Below, piece after piece: positions 58,157 to 64,000 of a stretch of DNA of 64,000 nt. The stretch lies in the NCBI GenBank assembly GCA_016192455.1, contig JACPUC010000025.1, positions 1 to 64,000 of the forward strand, written 5' to 3'. Below the pieces are notes generated by a model. It saw only the letters and a list, made by a program, of their open reading frames with translations. It did not search any database and was not told the origin of the DNA. Position 1 is the stretch's first letter, and each line of letters begins with the position of its first letter. The DNA comes from Candidatus Tectimicrobiota bacterium (GTDB taxonomy: Bacteria; JACPUC01). The position numbers and the translations under genes were made by a program.

Positions 58157-60985
58157 TCAGCGCGGCGTTCCGTCGAGGCGGGCGGCGCAGCGCCCGCAGA
58201 CGCTCGGGTAGCGCGGGTCGTTGCCGACGTTCTCGCTGATCACCCAACAGCGCCCGCATTTCGTTCCCCGCGCCGCCGACCAGTCCACCGCCAAGCCGGG
58301 GAGCGTGGCGCTGCGGTAGGCCGTCGTCGGGGCCTCGACGCCGCGGCGCACGGCCGCCGAGGAGACGATGAAGAGCGTCCAGAGATCGTCGGCCGCCTCG
58401 TTCAGCGTCGGCAATGCTCCGTCCGCGACGTAGAGGTCCACGTGCGCTTCAAGGCTGGCGCCGATCTCCTTCCTTTGGCGGGCGCCCTCGAGCACCTTCA
58501 GGACCTCGCCGCGCACCGCCATCAGCTCCTCCCAGCGCGCCGCGAGCGGCTCGTCCCGCCACGCCGCCGGAGCTTCAGGCAGGGTGCTGAGGTGGACGCT
58601 GGGGGCGTCGTCGAGTCGGTTCGGGAAATGCTCCCAAATCTCTTCCGCCGTGAATGAGAGGATGGGGGCCATGAGGCGCACGAGGCAGTCCAGGAGGTGG
58701 TGGAGCACCGTCTGGGCGGCGCGCCGCGCCGGGGCGTCGGCGCGTTCGGTGTAGAGGCGGTCCTTGATGATGTCAAGGTAGACCGCGCTCAGATCGACGC
58801 TGCAGAAGTTCTGAATGCTATGGTAGACGACGTGGTAGTCGTGTCGCGCGAAGGCGCCGCGGACGCGCTCGATGAGCGCCGCCAGCCTGTGCAGCAGGTA
58901 GCGATCGAGCTCGGGCAGCGCGGCATGGGGTTGGGCGTGCCGCCGCGCGTCGAAGTCGCTGAGGTTGCCGAGCAGGAAGCGGCAGGTGTTGCGAATTTTG
59001 CGGTAGGCCTCGGCCAGCCGGGTGAGGATCTCCTCCGAGATGCGGATGTCCTCGCGGTAGTTCTCCGAGGCCACCCAGAGGCGCAGAATCTCGGCGCCGT
59101 TGCGGTCGATGATTGTCTGCGGCGCAATGACGTTGCCGAAGCTCTTCGACATCTTCTTGCCGGCGCCGTCCACGACGTAGCCGTGCGTCAGCACCTCGTG
59201 GTACGGGGCGCTGCCGTGCGTGCCGACGGCGGCGAGCAGCGAGCTGTGGAACCAGCCGCGGTGCTGATCGCTCCCCTCGAGGTACATGTCCGCCGGCCAG
59301 CGCAGGCCGGGGTAGTGGACGCGATCCTCGAGCACCGCCGCATGGCTGACGCCGCTCTCGAACCAGACGTCGAGGATGTCCTCCCCCTTGGCGAACTCCG
59401 CGTGCCCGCAGGCGCCGCAGCGGCTCCCGTTGGGCAGCAGGTCGGCGCTGTCGCGCTCGAACCAGAGGTCGGCGCCATGCTTCTCGACGAGCGCCGCGAC
59501 GTGCTCGGCCAGCTCCTGACTGGCAAGGTGCGCGCCGCAGCGCAGGCAGCGGAAGACGGTGATCGGCACGCCCCAGGAGCGCTGCCGCGAGATGCACCAG
59601 TCGGGCCGGTGCTCCACCATGCCGTAGATGCGCTCCCGCCCCCAGGCGGGAATCCAGCTCACCCGCTCGATCTCCGCCAGGGCCTTGCGCCGCAGGTCGT
59701 TCGTCTCCATGGCCACGAACCACTGCGGCGTGGCCCGGAAGATGAGGGGATTCCGGCAACGCCAGCAGTGCGGATAGGCGTGCTGGAGGCTGCGCTCCGA
59801 ACGCAGCGCGCCGACCTCGCGCAGCTTCTCCACGACCGTCGGGTTGGCCTCGAAGACCTGCCGGCCGGCGAAGAACTCGACCCCCTCCATGAAGCGCCCG
59901 TCATCATCCACCGGGTTGTAGACCTCGAGCCCGTAGCGCTGCCCAACCACGTAGTCCTCGGCGCCGTGGCCGGGGGCGGTGTGCACGCAGCCTGTCCCCT
60001 GATCGAGGGTGACGTGCTCCCCGAGGAGGAGCCGCGATTCGCGGTCATACAGCGGGTGCCGGCAGACCCAGTCCTCCATCTCCGCGCCGCGGAAGCGCGC
60101 GGCGATCTCGTAGGAGCGCACCCCAATCTCCTCCATGACCAGCGGCACGAGGCGCTCGGCCATGATGAGGAGTTCGCCGTCGGCGGCCACGGCCGCGTAG
60201 TCGAGATCGGGATGCACGGCGACGGCGAGGTTCGCGGGGATGGTCCAGGGCGTCGTGGTCCAGATCAGCACGGCGGCCGGCGTGCCCGCCGCCCCTCCCA
60301 GCAGCGGCGAGCCGTCCGGCAGGCTGGCCTTGAGCAGGGGGAAGGCCACGATGATCGACGGCGAGCGGCGCTCCTCGTACTCCACTTCGGCTTCGGCCAA
60401 CGCCGTGCGGCAGGTGAAGCACCAGTGGATCGGCTTCAGGCCGTGGTAGACGTTGCCGGCGCCGATGAGCTTGCCCAGCTCGCGGACGATGGTGGCTTCG
60501 TAGTGCGGCGTCATCGTCAGGTAGGGTCGCTGCCAGTCACCCAGCACGCCGAGGCGCTGGAACTCCCGCCGCTGCACGTCCACGAAGCCCTCCGCGAAGG
60601 CCCGGCAGCGCTGGCGCACCTCAAGCTTTGTCAGCCGCAGCTTCTGCTCGCCGAGCTCGCGGTCCACCTGGTGCTCGATCGGCAGGCCGTGGCAGTCCCA
60701 GCCGGGCACGTAGACCGCGTCGCGCCCCTCCATATTCTTCACCTTGACGATGATGTCCTTGAGAATCTTGTTCAGGGCCGTCCCCATGTGGATGTGGCCG
60801 TTGGCATAGGGAGGACCGTCGTGGAGGATGTACTTCTCCGCCCCGGCGCGCGCCCGGCGCAGCATGCCGTAGAGGTTCATCGCCTCCCAGCGGGCGAGAA
60901 TTTCGGGTTCCCGCTGCGGCAGGTTCGCGCGCATGGGAAACGCCGTGTGGGGCAAGTTCAGGGTATCTTTCAGGTTCACCGGCAT
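58157..60985 (-). CDS. ileS: Isoleucine--tRNA ligase
   Basis: HDGPPYANG, PGWDCHGLPIE, WTTTPWT, EGSDQHRGWF, KMSKS and C-terminal Zn finger. Confidence 0.97.
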   Translation of the reverse strand: MPVNLKDTLNLPHTAFPMRANLPQREPEILARWEAMNLYGMLRRARAGAEKYILHDGPPYANGHIHMGTALNKILKDIIVKVKNMEGRDAVYVPGWDCHGLPIEHQVDRELGEQKLRLTKLEVRQRCRAFAEGFVDVQRREFQRLGVLGDWQRPYLTMTPHYEATIVRELGKLIGAGNVYHGLKPIHWCFTCRTALAEAEVEYEERRSPSIIVAFPLLKASLPDGSPLLGGAAGTPAAVLIWTTTPWTIPANLAVAVHPDLDYAAVAADGELLIMAERLVPLVMEEIGVRSYEIAARFRGAEMEDWVCRHPLYDRESRLLLGEHVTLDQGTGCVHTAPGHGAEDYVVGQRYGLEVYNPVDDDGRFMEGVEFFAGRQVFEANPTVVEKLREVGALRSERSLQHAYPHCWRCRNPLIFRATPQWFVAMETNDLRRKALAEIERVSWIPAWGRERIYGMVEHRPDWCISRQRSWGVPITVFRCLRCGAHLASQELAEHVAALVEKHGADLWFERDSADLLPNGSRCGACGHAEFAKGEDILDVWFESGVSHAAVLEDRVHYPGLRWPADMYLEGSDQHRGWFHSSLLAAVGTHGSAPYHEVLTHGYVVDGAGKKMSKSFGNVIAPQTIIDRNGAEILRLWVASENYREDIRISEEILTRLAEAYRKIRNTCRFLLGNLSDFDARRHAQPHAALPELDRYLLHRLAALIERVRGAFARHDYHVVYHSIQNFCSVDLSAVYLDIIKDRLYTERADAPARRAAQTVLHHLLDCLVRLMAPILSFTAEEIWEHFPNRLDDAPSVHLSTLPEAPAAWRDEPLAARWEELMAVRGEVLKVLEGARQRKEIGASLEAHVDLYVADGALPTLNEAADDLWTLFIVSSAAVRRGVEAPTTAYRSATLPGLAVDWSAARGTKCGRCWVISENVGNDPRYPSVCGRCAARLDGTPR

Positions 60986-61138
60986 GGACTCGCTCATCGT
61001 CACGCTCGCATGGTTGGGCCGCGACAGCACGGCGCCTGCTTCGATCTCCCGCCTTCTGCTCAGGCGGACATCGCGGCTGCCCTTCGATGTCCCCGCTGGA
61101 TCAGTGCGAAGCCGGCAGGCTGCGCCGGTCTCGCATCG

Positions 61139-61777
61139 TCACATGCCAAGCGCGAGATGCGAGACGCCGCGGATCAACGGCCACATCCCGCGGCTGAAGA
61201 TGCCAAAGGGGTCGAAGAAGATCAGGAACATCAGGATGAACATGCCGAACGGTTCGATGCGGCTTACCAGCTCGCCCTGCCGGTCGGGCAGCAACCCGAC
61301 GAGGATGCGCCCCCCGTCCGCCGGGGGGATGGGCAGCAGGTTGAAGACCGCCAGCAGCACGTTGAGCTGAACGCTTAAGGCCACGATCGCGGCCACGGGC
61401 AGCACCCCGCCGACGTCGTTCGGCAGCGTCCGGAAGAGGAGCCCGCTGACGATCGCCAGGGCGACGTTGGTGGCCGGCCCCGCTGCGGCGACCCACACCA
61501 TGTCGCGCTTCGGGTCGCGCAGGTTCCAGAAATTCACCGGCACCGGTTTGGCGTAGCCGAAGAAGAACCCCGTGGTCAACATCAGGAAGATCGGCATCAG
61601 CACCGTGCCGATCGGGTCGATGTGCGCCAGGGGGTTGAGCGTCAGCCGTCCCATGCGGCGGGCGGTCGGGTCGCCGAGCCGGTCCGCCACCCAGCCGTGC
61701 GCGACCTCGTGAAGGATCACCGCCACCAGCAGCGGCACGGCGAGGAGGAAGATTTCGCGCAGCATCGCCGGGTTCAC
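61139..61777 (-). CDS. Site-2 protease family (M50) membrane metalloprotease
   Basis: HEVAHG, AAAGP and FNLLPIPPADGG motifs. Confidence 0.92.
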   Translation of the reverse strand: MNPAMLREIFLLAVPLLVAVILHEVAHGWVADRLGDPTARRMGRLTLNPLAHIDPIGTVLMPIFLMLTTGFFFGYAKPVPVNFWNLRDPKRDMVWVAAAGPATNVALAIVSGLLFRTLPNDVGGVLPVAAIVALSVQLNVLLAVFNLLPIPPADGGRILVGLLPDRQGELVSRIEPFGMFILMFLIFFDPFGIFSRGMWPLIRGVSHLALGM

Positions 61778-61868
61778 GCTTCCGGCCCCTTTCTCGTTGC
61801 GGCGCGGCATGGACGCCGCACACACCCCTGCCGGCCGCGCCGGCAGGCCGTGCCGCGCCCAGCCGCAA

Positions 61869-64000
61869 TCAGCGCCCCGGCGCCGCGGCGCCGGCACCGG
61901 CGCGAGCGTCGCTGGCCACGAAGGTGCGACGCACAAATTGCAGCTCGGCGGCTCGATCCGGCAGCTCGCCGTTCAGCTTGCGCTCGCGCAGGGCGCGCAG
62001 CGCCTCTCCCAGCAGCGGGCCGGACGGCAGCCCCAGCCTCAGCAGGTCGTCGCCGCTGAGCAGCGGCGTCATGGCGCGCAGCTCCCGTAGGTAGCGCACC
62101 ACGTGCTGCCGCGCCGGCTCGCCGTTGAGGCTCGCCATGAGGCTGAGCACCCCGTCCAGGGAGAGCTGTTCGCACTGCGCCACAATGGCCGCCGGCGGAA
62201 CGCCCGGCTGCCGCAGGGCGGCGCTTGCAACCGGCGCCTGGGCGTGATCGGCGAGGAGCCGCTGCACATCCTTGCCCCGCAAGCCCAGCCGCAGCGCCAG
62301 GCGCCCCGCCTCGGCGCCATCGAGGCCGCGGACCAGGCCCAGGAGGTAGACCATCCAGCGCCGCGCGCCGCGCGCCGCAGGGAACTCGAGCTGGTGCCAG
62401 GCCAGCGCCTCCCGCGTCGCCTGCAGGTGCCGAATCATGCCGACTTCCAGCGCGAGGGCGGGGTGCAGGCAGCGCAGCAGTCCCAGCTCGTCGAGCCGGC
62501 CGAGCGCCGGCAGCGGATCGCGCTCCGCGAAGATGAGGCAGAGCTCGTGCAGGATGCGCGGGCCGCTGACGCGACTCAGCACACTATGCTTCAAGGCGTT
62601 CTTCAGGAGCCCCAGCGTCTGCCGCCCCATGCGCATGCCGAAGCGCTGCTCGAACCGCACCGCCCGGAAGGCGCGCGTCGGGTCATCGACGAAGCTGAGG
62701 CTGTGGAGGACGCGAATGACGCGGTCCTTGAGGTCGTGCTCGCCGCCGAAAAAGTCGATGAGGCGCTTGGCGTGCGGGCGGTTGAGCTTGATCGCCAGGG
62801 CGTTGATGGTGAAGTCGCGGCGGCCCAGATCTTGCCGGATGCTGCTCTGCGCCACCTCCGGCAGGGTGCCGGGCGCGGCATAGAACTCGGTGCGCGCCGT
62901 GGCCACGTCGAGGCGGAAGCCATCGGGGAAGATCAAGACGGCCGTGCCGAACGCCTGGTGGCTGCGTACCTTGGCGCCGAGCTCCGCGCCGAGGGCGCGG
63001 GCGAACGCCACGCCATCCCCCTCGATGACGAGGTCCACGTCGTAGGTCTCGAGGCGCAGCAGCAGGTCGCGCACCAAGCCCCCCACCACGTAGACGCCGA
63101 CTCCCTGGCGGTCAGCCACCTCCGCGGCCTTGGCGAAGAGCTCCCGGATGCGCGCCGGCAGGCGGTCGCGCAGAAGGCCGGCCACAAATCTTCCCCGTAC
63201 CCGCGAGCCGGCATCGACGCTGAGCAGGCCATGCCCGTCCAGCGGCTCATGCCGCGGCAGGGGGAGGTCGACCTGGCGCCGGCAGATCACCCCCAGGGGC
63301 GCGCCGCTCTCCGCCTTCCGCACCAGCACGCCATGTCCCTGGCTTTCGTGCAGGGCGGCCTCCACCTCGGCGATAGCGGCGTCCGAGGTGACGCTCCGCA
63401 GGCCGTGATCCATGTACTCCCCCACCGCCTCGCCCCCCAGCCCATAGGCCAGGGCGCGGTCAAGGATGCGCCGGGAGACCAGGCCCACCAGCTCGCCCGC
63501 CTGCTCCACCGGCAGCACCTCACGCTGGCGACGCTGCATGAGGGCCTGGGCGTCACGGAGCGTCATGCGCTGCGGAATCGGCAGGAGGGGCGGGCGCGCC
63601 AAGTCGCGGGCCGTCAGGCGGCGCCCGACGCCGGCGCGCAGCAGGCGCACGACGAGCCCCTTCAGCTCATAGAGGGTGCGCTCCTTCACCGAAGCCGAGG
63701 CGGCGCTGGGGTGCCCCCCACCGCCGAGGGCTTGCGCCAGCTCTCCCACATCGACGGCGGGGTGTCGACTGCGGGCGATGCAATGCACCTTGTCCTCCAT
63801 ACGGACCAGGGCCACCACCACCGGCAGCCGCGTCACCTCCCGCAGCCGATGGACCACCGCGGCGGCATCAGGGACGTAGTCCTCCGCCTCGGCCGTGGCT
63901 AGGTTCACCTCCACGCCGTAGATCACCTGATGTTCCATGCCGGCCAGGAGTTGATGGAGCAGGCGCACCTGCGGCGGGTTCAGGGCAGGGTGGAGGTATT
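61869..64000 (-). CDS. DHH/CBS-domain tRNA nucleotidyltransferase (CCA- or A-adding); 5' end outside window
   Basis: GGGGH (DHHA1), CBS-like segment, VGGLVRD...DVD, RRDFTINA and DDPTRAFRAVRF motifs. Confidence 0.9.
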   Translation of the reverse strand, partial: YLHPALNPPQVRLLHQLLAGMEHQVIYGVEVNLATAEAEDYVPDAAAVVHRLREVTRLPVVVALVRMEDKVHCIARSRHPAVDVGELAQALGGGGHPSAASASVKERTLYELKGLVVRLLRAGVGRRLTARDLARPPLLPIPQRMTLRDAQALMQRRQREVLPVEQAGELVGLVSRRILDRALAYGLGGEAVGEYMDHGLRSVTSDAAIAEVEAALHESQGHGVLVRKAESGAPLGVICRRQVDLPLPRHEPLDGHGLLSVDAGSRVRGRFVAGLLRDRLPARIRELFAKAAEVADRQGVGVYVVGGLVRDLLLRLETYDVDLVIEGDGVAFARALGAELGAKVRSHQAFGTAVLIFPDGFRLDVATARTEFYAAPGTLPEVAQSSIRQDLGRRDFTINALAIKLNRPHAKRLIDFFGGEHDLKDRVIRVLHSLSFVDDPTRAFRAVRFEQRFGMRMGRQTLGLLKNALKHSVLSRVSGPRILHELCLIFAERDPLPALGRLDELGLLRCLHPALALEVGMIRHLQATREALAWHQLEFPAARGARRWMVYLLGLVRGLDGAEAGRLALRLGLRGKDVQRLLADHAQAPVASAALRQPGVPPAAIVAQCEQLSLDGVLSLMASLNGEPARQHVVRYLRELRAMTPLLSGDDLLRLGLPSGPLLGEALRALRERKLNGELPDRAAELQFVRRTFVASDARAGAGAAAPGR

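Noticed and set aside
58697-61378. 893-aa plus-strand ORF, and many other long antisense ORFs (e.g. 62103-63902, 35984-37603, 20412-21875)
   Set aside because: They lie opposite well-supported genes, show no family motifs, and are expected shadows of GC-rich codon usage.

Overview
High-GC chromosomal window from a diderm (LPS-making) bacterium. I saw no tRNA, rRNA, CRISPR array, prophage or transposase. Four blocks are present. (1) 0.85-15.8 kb: LPS core/glycan locus with waaF, GT2/GT4 enzymes, an internally promoted radical SAM + methyltransferase pair, a GT2-heptosyltransferase fusion, a tandem two-domain LPS kinase, msbA, gmhB, an epimerase and a Trm112-like gene. (2) 16-30.7 kb: pyk, comF and a Complex I operon nuoA-C-E-F-G-H-J-K-L-M-N that lacks exactly nuoB, nuoD and nuoI; the three largest spacers in the operon sit where those genes belong. 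(3) 30.9-55.9 kb: accessory catabolic region with two different UbiD prFMN (de)carboxylases, ubiX, NitT/TauT-type ABC components with no binding protein, MFS/DMT transporters, a rhodanese, a Cys-less isochorismatase-family protein, MBL hydrolases, a frameshifted glcG-like gene, a DUF2148-like Fe-S protein, and a selenium-molybdenum hydroxylase maturation operon (mocA-yqeB-yqeC-xdhC-coxD-coxE) whose client enzyme is not in the window. (4) 56.4-64 kb: housekeeping rluD, lspA, ileS, a site-2 protease and a CBS/DHH tRNA nucleotidyltransferase. The best candidates for new biology are the Complex I without its quinone module and the UbiD/Se-Mo-hydroxylase region. All family calls come from reading motifs by eye; no database searches were run.
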